Below, piece by piece: positions 6,478 to 13,503 of a stretch of DNA of 13,760 nt. Position 1 is the first letter of the stretch; every line of letters begins with the position of its first letter. Made by a program: the position numbers and the translations under genes. Source of the stretch: Planctomycetota bacterium (GTDB taxonomy: Bacteria > Planctomycetota > UBA11346). The notes under the pieces are model-generated. The model did not search any database. It was not told where the DNA came from and saw nothing but the letters and a program-made list of their open reading frames with translations. Where the stretch lies: contig JBBRLJ010000071.1 of assembly GCA_038231435.1 (NCBI GenBank), forward strand, positions 1 to 13,760. The letters run 5' to 3'.

Positions 6478-8074
6478 AGCGTGGAGCGTTCGTGGGCGTC
6501 GGCTTGGGCGCCTTGGGATCGGACTTCGGGGCGTTGCCAGGCACCGTCATCAGCAGATAGATCGGGCTCTCGCCCACGGTGAGCGTGATCGATCTCGACC
6601 CGGCCTTCTCCCACGCCTGCTTGGGCGCGTCGCCGTCGGCCGTTGCCATGCCCATCGACTGCTCGGGCAGCGCAGGCAGATCAGCGAGCGTCACCGTCAA
6701 GGCGTGCGGCGCGTAGCCGTCCTTGGCGTTGGTGGCCACCCCGGTCGGCGACCATGCCAGCCACGCCACGCGGGTGGGATCGGCGCCATGGACGAACTCG
6801 TCCACATACACGGCGCCGGCCTCCTTCTTCACCACGCGCTTGAAGCGGTAATCGCCGAGCGTCTGGTAGAGCTGCCGCACCGCCCAGAACGACGGCTTCG
6901 GCGCGAAGCCGCGGGTCAGGCCGGCGCAGCCGTGCACCGACGGCGAATCGCTGTCGTCATAGAAGTAGATGTAGGCGCGCTGGACGTCGCGCTCCGCGAA
7001 CGCGAAGAATGAACGCACCAGGTACTGCGCCTGCTGCAGATCGGTCACGCCCTGCCAGTCGAGGGTCTTGAACCAGCTCTCGCGGCGGTTCATCGCCTCG
7101 GGCGTACAGGCGTCGTAGCCGAACTCGGTGACCCAGATCTCCTTGCCCTTGGCGTGGTCGTTGCGCCAGGCGATGGTCTGATCGATGGGCTGCAGGTAGC
7201 GCGCGCCCGGATCCTCGGGGTAGCTGCGCGTCCAGACATTGTCCTTCTCGGTCTTTCGCGGCATCGTGGCGTAGGTGTGGATATTGATGGCGTCGTACAG
7301 CGGCAGCACCTCGTCCTCGGCGAAGTGCTTGCGCAGATCCAGCGAATAGCCGTCGTCGTCGCTGGCCTGGGCGGTGGCCATCAGGATCTTGGCCTTGGGA
7401 TCTCCAGCGCGGATGCCCTTGGCCATCTGCACGAAGATCGACTTGTAGAGATCGGCGTCGAAGGCCTGGCCCGGTTCGTTGTCGATCTCGAACGAGGTCG
7501 CGAGCTTCTGCGCGCCCGACGGACCGAAGTACGCCGCCATGGTCTTGCCGTAGTCGAAACACCATTGTTCTTTGCCAGCCCACAGCTGGGGAAAACTGTT
7601 GGACCCCGGGCCGAAGCCCGCGAACTGGATGCAGATGTCGGTCTCGAATCCAGCGGCGGCCCAGGGGCCGTAGACATTGGCTTTCCAATCGACCTGGTTC
7701 ACGCACACCGGGATGGTGTTGCCGTCGCCGACGTGGGCGACGTCCCAGTTGAGGTTGTGGTAGTTGCGCGCCATCCGGCAGACCTGGCGATAGAGCTCGG
7801 GCTTGAAGGTGAAGTGGCCGTTGATGCCCATGAAGTCCTTGAACAGCGGCTTGGGGAACGCTGGCTTGGCTTCGACCGTGGTGGCCGAGGACTTGGCATC
7901 CACGGGCTTCTTCTCCGCCGTCTTGTCGGAGGTCTTGTCGGAGGTCTTGTCGGAGGTCTTGGCTTCGGCCGCGCCGAGGGACGCAGCGAGCAACGCCAGC
8001 GCGAGACAGCGGAACGGCCCATGGGCGCGGCGCGTGATGCTGGTGACGGGGCCGATGCTCGAGACGTTGGTCAT
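6476..8074 (-). CDS. Secreted clan GH-A (TIM-barrel) glycoside hydrolase, GH5/GH39-like, 532 aa
   Basis: AGGAG precedes the ATG at 8074. Signal-like segment CLALALLAASLGAA, then MGINGHF, acid/base motif EIDNEP, AINIHTY, nucleophile motif IWVTEFGY, GL.....PKPSF, and a beta-rich C-terminal domain. Family number and substrate cannot be assigned by eye. Confidence 0.8.
   Translation of the reverse strand: MTNVSSIGPVTSITRRAHGPFRCLALALLAASLGAAEAKTSDKTSDKTSDKTAEKKPVDAKSSATTVEAKPAFPKPLFKDFMGINGHFTFKPELYRQVCRMARNYHNLNWDVAHVGDGNTIPVCVNQVDWKANVYGPWAAAGFETDICIQFAGFGPGSNSFPQLWAGKEQWCFDYGKTMAAYFGPSGAQKLATSFEIDNEPGQAFDADLYKSIFVQMAKGIRAGDPKAKILMATAQASDDDGYSLDLRKHFAEDEVLPLYDAINIHTYATMPRKTEKDNVWTRSYPEDPGARYLQPIDQTIAWRNDHAKGKEIWVTEFGYDACTPEAMNRRESWFKTLDWQGVTDLQQAQYLVRSFFAFAERDVQRAYIYFYDDSDSPSVHGCAGLTRGFAPKPSFWAVRQLYQTLGDYRFKRVVKKEAGAVYVDEFVHGADPTRVAWLAWSPTGVATNAKDGYAPHALTVTLADLPALPEQSMGMATADGDAPKQAWEKAGSRSITLTVGESPIYLLMTVPGNAPKSDPKAPKPTPTNAPR
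7920..7961 (-). repeat. In-frame 12-bp tandem repeat, 3.5 copies (KTSD)
   Basis: (GTCTTGTCGGAG)x3 plus GTCTTG on the + strand, in the linker after the signal peptide. Confidence 0.9.
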
Positions 8075-8220
8075 GGTGGCTCCTGACGTATCGTCGCCAT
8101 GCGCGGCGTCGTTGCATTCCAGGGACTGAAAGATGATCAGTTGCCGCACGGTAGGCTCCGGGCGCCGGACCGGCGACGAGGACCCTGTCGGGCGCGACAG
8201 TCCCGACAGATTCCTGGGTG

Positions 8221-8943
8221 TTACTTCGCCAGTACGGCCGGGGTGGCGGGCGTGGCGGGCTGCGACGGTTTCTCGTCCTTTGCCGCGATGACGTCCGCGA
8301 GCTTGGCCTTCGCCGCCTCGAGCTCGACCCTGGCCTGGTCGAGGCGCTTGAGGAGCTCGTCCTTCTTGGCGTCGATGCTCTTGCGGTTCTTCTCGACCGC
8401 GGTCAGGCGCTGGCGCGCCGAGACCAATTGGGTCGAGGAATCGGCGGCGACGCGCTTCATGCGCTGGTATTCCTTCTGCGCATCCTCGAAGGCCTTGGTG
8501 GTCTCGGCGCTCGCGCCGCCGCCGCCTCGCCCGGTTCCGGGGGTATCGGCGCCCACTCCGTTATTATTGCCGTTCGGATTGCGACCGGCCGAGAACTCCT
8601 TGTTCATCTTGGCTTCGGCCGCATCCATCGTCGTCTTCGCGTCGGTCAGATGCTGTGGTGCGTTCTCGACCTCGTCCAAGGCAGCCTTGTCGCGTTCGAT
8701 CTCCTTGTCGAGCTTGGCGGCGCGCGCGTCGCCGTCGGCGATCTCCTTCGTCACCCGCTCGACATCCTTGGCCTTCGATGCCACCTCGGCCTCGGCCGAC
8801 TTCACCAGGCGGTCGTGGCCCGCCTGCGCGCGTCGCGTGTCGGCGTCTCCGGCGTCGACGGCGGCGGAGATCACGGCCGGGGATGCAGCACACATGGCGA
8901 GGACGAGGATGAGGACGAGGGTCGAGATCAGGCGTGCCGGCAT
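8221..8943 (-). CDS. Hypothetical secreted coiled-coil protein, 240 aa
   Basis: ATG at 8943 with a nearby GGAG. Hydrophobic N-terminus (LISTLVLILVLAMCAASP) and two long A/E/K/D-rich helical stretches separated by a Gly/Asn-rich loop. Confidence 0.8.
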   Translation of the reverse strand: MPARLISTLVLILVLAMCAASPAVISAAVDAGDADTRRAQAGHDRLVKSAEAEVASKAKDVERVTKEIADGDARAAKLDKEIERDKAALDEVENAPQHLTDAKTTMDAAEAKMNKEFSAGRNPNGNNNGVGADTPGTGRGGGGASAETTKAFEDAQKEYQRMKRVAADSSTQLVSARQRLTAVEKNRKSIDAKKDELLKRLDQARVELEAAKAKLADVIAAKDEKPSQPATPATPAVLAK

Positions 8944-8960
8944 GGGTGCTCCGAGCGGCC

Positions 8961-8987
8961 AGTGTATGACACGCGAGCAGCCTGCAA
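8961..8987 (-). promoter_or_regulatory. Putative sigma70-type promoter of the coiled-coil gene
   Basis: Minus strand reads TTGCAG (8987-8982), 15 nt, TACACT (8966-8961). Confidence 0.5.
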
Positions 8988-9056
8988 GACTTCGATCGCA
9001 TCTGCATGCGACCTGGAGCTTCCTCGTGGCGGATGGGGTCAGCGGCCGCGCACGCC

Positions 9057-9413
9057 TCAGTCGTCGGAGGCGTCCTCGACCACCAGCTCGTATCCCGAGG
9101 CGGTGAGGAAGGTGATGATGCCCCACAGGAAGCCGACTCCCGCGAGCGGCAGGATGATGAAGAACAGATGGCCGGTGAAGATGAAGATGCCGCCGAAAAC
9201 CAGCAATCCGAGCCCGCTCATGATGATCTTGCCGATCGACGCCCGACGGTTGTGGGACTGGATGTCGCCGAACACGGTGTCGACCATCTCGCTCGCGCTG
9301 ACCGCGTTCGCGCCGCGGCTCATGAGGATCCGCACCACCTTTTCCTTGTTCTTCTCCCTGCCGAGGAGCTCGCGGGTGGAGATGTACACACGTTCGGCGT
9401 CGGTCATGGCCAT
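9057..9413 (-). CDS. Hypothetical membrane protein (soluble helical N-domain plus 2 TM helices), 118 aa
   Basis: AAGGA upstream, protein-like composition and two clear hydrophobic segments. Confidence 0.8.
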   Translation of the reverse strand: MAMTDAERVYISTRELLGREKNKEKVVRILMSRGANAVSASEMVDTVFGDIQSHNRRASIGKIIMSGLGLLVFGGIFIFTGHLFFIILPLAGVGFLWGIITFLTASGYELVVEDASDD

Positions 9414-9546
9414 GCGGCTGTCCTTGGGGGTTGGTTTTCCATGATACCCCAGAACTAGCCCGCACGCACCTCATGCCTATCCACGAATGCCCCCGACGTC
9501 AGGGCGTGCCGAACCGCGCCGCCTGGGGGCAGCGCGATGCCAGAGA

Positions 9547-9873
9547 TCACGCGCGGACGCGCCTGCGCACCCAACTCCGGCGCAGGGACAATGCCATCCA
9601 CGTCCAAGCGAACGCGACGGTGAACCACTGTACGGTGCCGAATACGTAGACGATGACGAAGGTCGGATCCTTGGCTCTGAATCCCCACCAAGCCAGCCAG
9701 CGGAACGCCTGGAAGGCCAGCAGGTCGAGGGTGTGCAGGGCGCGGCTGCCGGGGCCGACGCAGGCTGCCGCGATCACGTAGGCGGCCGCCGCGACGATGG
9801 CGACCAGCACGCACACCTGGCCCGTCGACAGGGCCTCGATCCGACGCGGCTTATGGGCGAGGTGCGTACGCAT
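9547..9873 (-). CDS. Hypothetical small membrane protein, 108 aa
   Basis: GGAGG upstream of the ATG; two hydrophobic segments and an Arg-rich C-terminal tail. Confidence 0.6.
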   Translation of the reverse strand: MRTHLAHKPRRIEALSTGQVCVLVAIVAAAAYVIAAACVGPGSRALHTLDLLAFQAFRWLAWWGFRAKDPTFVIVYVFGTVQWFTVAFAWTWMALSLRRSWVRRRVRA

Positions 9874-10011
9874 GGATCCTCCGCGAGGTCAGGATCCGAG
9901 CTCATCGCCGTGCGAGCAGCCGCCACGATCGACGCTGGATCTTACCGGCCGAACGCACGCCGATCCCACCGGTTCGAGGATTTCCCTCGGCTGCCTGTCG
10001 CGCGCGACGGA

Positions 10012-10296
10012 TTAGACGTTCTTGGGGATGAGACGCATCACGTCGTACATCAGCGTCAGCCCGACCAGGAACAGGCTCGCCCCGGCGGGGATGATCCACA
10101 CCAGGCCGAACCAGCCGTCACGCCGGCCGATCACCCCATAGATCACGCACAAGAGCAGCGACACGAACACCACCGCCGTGAAACCCGCCGTCATCGGCGC
10201 GCTCAGCATGCGCGCGAACTGCATGCTGGCGAACATCAGCGAATACGCGGCAGAGAAGCACAGCAACGAACGCTGGGATGCGATGGAAAGGAGCAT
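10012..10296 (-). CDS. Hypothetical small membrane protein (about 3 TM), 94 aa
   Basis: AAGGA upstream of the ATG at 10296; almost entirely hydrophobic segments. Confidence 0.7.
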   Translation of the reverse strand: MLLSIASQRSLLCFSAAYSLMFASMQFARMLSAPMTAGFTAVVFVSLLLCVIYGVIGRRDGWFGLVWIIPAGASLFLVGLTLMYDVMRLIPKNV

Positions 10297-10396
10297 ATCT
10301 GATCCTTGGGCGACGGCGGGCTGCATCCATGGTACGCTCGAACGGCCGTTGGGAATGGCCCCCTGCCGCCATCATGTGTCGCCAACGCACCGATGC

Positions 10397-10753
10397 TCAC
10401 GGTCTGCTCGCCGACCGTGCCACCGCATCGATCTCCCAGATGACCACAGTGCGCGCACCGGCGGATTCACGCGCGTCGTAGCAGCGGTAGAGCAGCCGAT
10501 GCCAATGCGCGTCGCACCACAGCAGCGGATAGGCGAGCCGTGCGCGAACGACCGCCACCGTGGAGTAGCTCTCGAAATAGAAATCCGTACCGCTCGAGCC
10601 GGACTCGCGCACGTACGCGCTGCGATTCGCCCGGTAGGCGAGCGAACTGGCGAGCCAGCCGATGCCCACCAACGCGCACACCATGAGCACGCGCGCGCGC
10701 CTGGCGGGCGATGAGCGGGCCATCGCCGGGCCGGGCATCGCGGGGCTAGTCAT
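10397..10753 (-). CDS. Hypothetical membrane-anchored protein, up to 118 aa
   Basis: One TM segment followed by an aromatic-rich domain. The first ATG overlaps the upstream gene's end by 8 nt. The true start is uncertain. Confidence 0.55.
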   Translation of the reverse strand: MTSPAMPGPAMARSSPARRARVLMVCALVGIGWLASSLAYRANRSAYVRESGSSGTDFYFESYSTVAVVRARLAYPLLWCDAHWHRLLYRCYDARESAGARTVVIWEIDAVARSASRP

Positions 10754-11060
10754 CGCGGATCACATAGCCGGCCATCACCGCGCCGTCCTTGGTGCAGATG
10801 CAGATGGACGAGCAGTTGTTGCAGCAGATCCGGTACCTGGCGAAGCGCTTCTGGAAGGCATCCAGCCGCGTCAGGTCGTCGGCGGTCACCCTGCCGAGGA
10901 ACGTGGGCAGCGTGTCGCTCAGCGAACCGCCGCAGACCTTGCAGGATTCCTCGACGACCAGGCGCTCGAATCTGCGGATGATGCGCCAGTGCGCGATCAG
11001 CACCGCGAGCCCCGCGGTGATGGCGACGGGAATGGCGAGATACAGCAGGGTTTCGACCAT
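10746..11060 (-). CDS. Hypothetical protein with an N-terminal TM helix and a CxxC...CxxC zinc-ribbon-like domain, 104 aa
   Basis: Anchor LLYLAIPVAITAGLAVLIA, then CKVCGG and CCNNCSSICIC. Confidence 0.75.
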   Translation of the reverse strand: MVETLLYLAIPVAITAGLAVLIAHWRIIRRFERLVVEESCKVCGGSLSDTLPTFLGRVTADDLTRLDAFQKRFARYRICCNNCSSICICTKDGAVMAGYVIRDD

Positions 11061-11072
11061 CGGCTGACGCGC

Positions 11073-11528
11073 TCAGCGCCGGTCGGAACGCATCCGGTCC
11101 ATGGTCTGATACAGGTGCCTGAGGTCCTTGAGGCCGAGGGAGACGAGATACGGCATCTTCTCGTTGGACAGGTTGGCGATGGTCGTGATCAGCTGGTCCT
11201 TGGTCAGGATGTCCAGATCGACCTCCACCGTGATCGCCTTGCGGTTCGCGACGACGCGGGTCTCGCGTGTTGGACGCACCTGGCGCATCTCACGCATCTC
11301 ACGCGTATCGCGCACGGCTCCGAGCCGGCCCTTGTCGCGCATCAAGCAGTAGTAGACGGATTTCTGGCTGCGGCCGCGCGTGTTGTACTTGTTATACAGC
11401 TTGAGGTGCCTGGGACTGAGCTTGACCAGCGTCGGCTTGCCGCCGTCGTGGAAACGGTCGCGCCAGTTGGTGATGTAATAGATGATGCCCTGCTTCTCGT
11501 GGAAGAGCGACTTCTGTGGCACCGCCAT
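11073..11528 (-). CDS. Hypothetical basic soluble protein, 151 aa
   Basis: GGAGG upstream of the ATG at 11528; K/R/Y-rich, with high GC at third codon positions. Confidence 0.8.
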   Translation of the reverse strand: MAVPQKSLFHEKQGIIYYITNWRDRFHDGGKPTLVKLSPRHLKLYNKYNTRGRSQKSVYYCLMRDKGRLGAVRDTREMREMRQVRPTRETRVVANRKAITVEVDLDILTKDQLITTIANLSNEKMPYLVSLGLKDLRHLYQTMDRMRSDRR

Positions 11529-11647
11529 GGTGGCCTCCGTGGTCAGGACTCGTCGAGCCGGTCCAAGTGATAACGCTCCGAGATCACGAGCGTTGAGCCC
11601 CGGGAGCACCCGAGCCCGTCATCCGACCCCCCTCTCGTCGTCCTGCG

Positions 11648-11884
11648 TCACGCCCCGGCGCTCGGCTGCTGATGGAGGAACATCGGCGTCCCGGGCTTAG
11701 CGCACCGCGGGCAGCGCAGTCCGTTGAGGCCGGGCGAAATCTCGAAACGGGCGCATTCGCGGCAGGTAACGCAGTCGCATGCCGCGCAGAAGATGCCGAA
11801 GTCGCTGGCCTTGGCGCCGATGGGCAGCGCGTCACCCTGGCACACGGCGCAGGGAACCTGGCGATCGGAGAAATGGCAGAGCAT
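11648..11884 (-). CDS. Small Cys-rich protein with four CxxC pairs (RING/FYVE-like double zinc finger), about 78 aa
   Basis: CAVC...CAAC-DCVT-CREC...CPRC. The start may be ATG 11884 or GTG 11905. Confidence 0.7.
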   Translation of the reverse strand: MLCHFSDRQVPCAVCQGDALPIGAKASDFGIFCAACDCVTCRECARFEISPGLNGLRCPRCAKPGTPMFLHQQPSAGA

Positions 11885-11939
11885 CAGCGCCCCATCCGGC
11901 GGCACTCGTGGCCGCTGGCACCCGATCGCAGGCGCCGGC

Positions 11940-12215
11940 TCAGAACCAGCTCCAGATGATCACACCCGACTTCATCAGACCGACCAGCAACGAGATGCAG
12001 GCGGTAGCGAGCGCTCCGATCTTCATCAGGCGGTAGCAGCGTGAGAGGTAGCCCTCCTGGTCGTGATGCATGACCTTGAGCGCCGCGTGGATCTTGCGGT
12101 TGTCATCCTCGGTCGCGCATTCCAACAGCTCCGATTCATCCATGTCCGCTCCGATTCGACTCCTGATGGCGATCGAGAGGCCGATGATGACGAGGCCGAT
12201 GATGAAGGAGGCCAA
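11940..12215 (-). CDS. Hypothetical 2-TM membrane protein, 91 aa (TTG start)
   Basis: Hydrophobic N- and C-terminal helices around an acidic loop; AGGGAG lies 10 nt upstream of the TTG. Confidence 0.65.
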   Translation of the reverse strand: MASFIIGLVIIGLSIAIRSRIGADMDESELLECATEDDNRKIHAALKVMHHDQEGYLSRCYRLMKIGALATACISLLVGLMKSGVIIWSWF

Positions 12216-12276
12216 CCTGCATAGGCTCCCTGAGCATCACGCACGGGCGGAGCGACGCCACTCTCGGCGGCAAATT

Positions 12277-12324
12277 GCCGGCGAAAGGCCCGGCGAAGGG
12301 CCAGGCGAAATGCCCGGCGAGCCG
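12277..12324. repeat. Intergenic 12-bp tandem repeat, 4 copies
   Basis: GCCGGCGAAAGG CCCGGCGAAGGG CCAGGCGAAATG CCCGGCGAGCCG. Confidence 0.75.
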
Positions 12325-12368
12325 CCGACGAACGCCGTGCCGGCGACACATAGTGGGCACGCGACCAT

Positions 12369-12839
12369 TCACGAGGGTTCGCGGGCACTCCGCACGTCCA
12401 CTTCCGGATCGTGGGGCGAGACCCAGGTTTCGGCGATCCGCTCATGGGTGCGCGCCGGCGTGCTGACGATCACCGACCGGCAGCGCACCCGGTGCTCCAG
12501 CAGATGGTCGGCACGCCGGGACCGGCGCTGCTCGAGCAGGATGTCCACGCGCAACTCGGCCGACGCGATCAGGCCGCGCTCGATGCGCGCGCGGTCGAGG
12601 TGCCGGTTGTAGGCCACGGTCATACGGTCGACGATGGTGCGGGCACGAGGCTCGCGCAGGATCCCCCAGCCCTCGCCCGCCGCCAGATCGATCGCGCCTG
12701 CCGCGTCATCGGGGGGCACGGCTGAGCCCAACGCGACGAGGATGCCCAACGCCCAATAACCGTCGCAGTCGTTGTTGCGCGACATGAAGTGCGTCAGCAG
12801 GCCATCAGCGATCGACAGCAGATGCCGCATGCCTTCCAT
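12369..12839 (-). CDS. Hypothetical protein with an SRNND..GYWALG motif, about 156 aa
   Basis: The protein-like portion starts at ATG 12839 or 12830 (IADGLLTHFMSRNNDCDGYWALGIL). I recall this motif from uncharacterised accessory proteins. The longer ORF to 13031 overlaps the next gene. Confidence 0.7.
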   Translation of the reverse strand: MEGMRHLLSIADGLLTHFMSRNNDCDGYWALGILVALGSAVPPDDAAGAIDLAAGEGWGILREPRARTIVDRMTVAYNRHLDRARIERGLIASAELRVDILLEQRRSRRADHLLEHRVRCRSVIVSTPARTHERIAETWVSPHDPEVDVRSAREPS

Positions 12840-13009
12840 CCGCCTTTCCAAGGCCGTGCGCGGCTCGCCTCGCGAATCGGGCCCGTCACCGCACGCATGG
12901 TACATGCCGGCCGAGATCAGGTGGGACAGGTTGCCGTCATCGACCCTGGCGCCCTCCACTCCGCGCGATCGCATCAACTGCCTGGAGCCGAGCCAGCGGG
13001 CACGGAGGA

Positions 13010-13396
13010 TCACATGGAAGAGAGCGTCCATGCCATAGCGATGGCGATGACGACATACGGCAGCTCGTCGTTCCGTACGTCTCCGGTTATGGTGATGCGA
13101 TCCCCTATGGAGATCCGCATCCGGTCATCCACGACCCAGGTGTTCGACTCCTGTCGATCATGCGTAACGACCCATCCTCGCCCCAGAACATCGACGCCGG
13201 TGCCATCGTGCGGCGAGATCCCACCGGTCATGTGCCGACCACGAACGGTCAGGCTGAAATCGTGGTCCAAGGCCCCGAATCCACCGAGCGCGGTCTTGTG
13301 CATCACCGTGTATGCGCTCCCCAGGTAGGTGATGTTGAGGCTGCCTTCGTCCCGCAACGTCCCCACCACGGCCTGATCACGTAAGATCTCGATCAC
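13010..13396 (-). CDS. Hypothetical beta-rich protein with a C-terminal hydrophobic helix, 128 aa
   Basis: GTG start with GAGG upstream; strand-like alternating pattern ending in ELPYVVIAIAMAWTL. Confidence 0.65.
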   Translation of the reverse strand: MIEILRDQAVVGTLRDEGSLNITYLGSAYTVMHKTALGGFGALDHDFSLTVRGRHMTGGISPHDGTGVDVLGRGWVVTHDRQESNTWVVDDRMRISIGDRITITGDVRNDELPYVVIAIAMAWTLSSM

Positions 13397-13503
13397 CTCA
13401 AGCCTCGCTATTCTGCAAGCCGTGGACTACCCGCGTATCTCGGCCTCCACCAGCTTCGCCAGCAGCATGAGCGAGTCCTGCCAATGGCAGTTTCCCCAAG
13501 GCG

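Noticed and set aside
8185..8209. Inverted repeat CTGTCGGG-N9-CCCGACAG as an intrinsic terminator of the coiled-coil gene
   Set aside because: The stem is real, but no U-tract follows on the minus strand, so its function cannot be supported.
8944..9474. 417-aa ORF joining upstream sequence to the coiled-coil gene
   Set aside because: The extension overlaps the 9057..9413 gene in another frame; the signal peptide and promoter point to the ATG at 8943.
9948..10017. 70-bp segment bounded by GCCGAAC and ATTAGAC as an attC site
   Set aside because: Both R boxes deviate from consensus, and I could not find paired L boxes with the expected extrahelical bases.
11568..11598. TGATAAC...GTTGAGC hairpin as an attC site
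   Set aside because: Only about 31 bp, well below attC length, and the left box does not fit RYYYAAC.
12213..12231. Out-of-frame ATG at 12222 suggesting a frameshifted start for the 91-aa membrane gene
   Set aside because: The AGGGAG site is only 3 nt from that ATG but 10 nt from the in-frame TTG, so a normal TTG start explains it.
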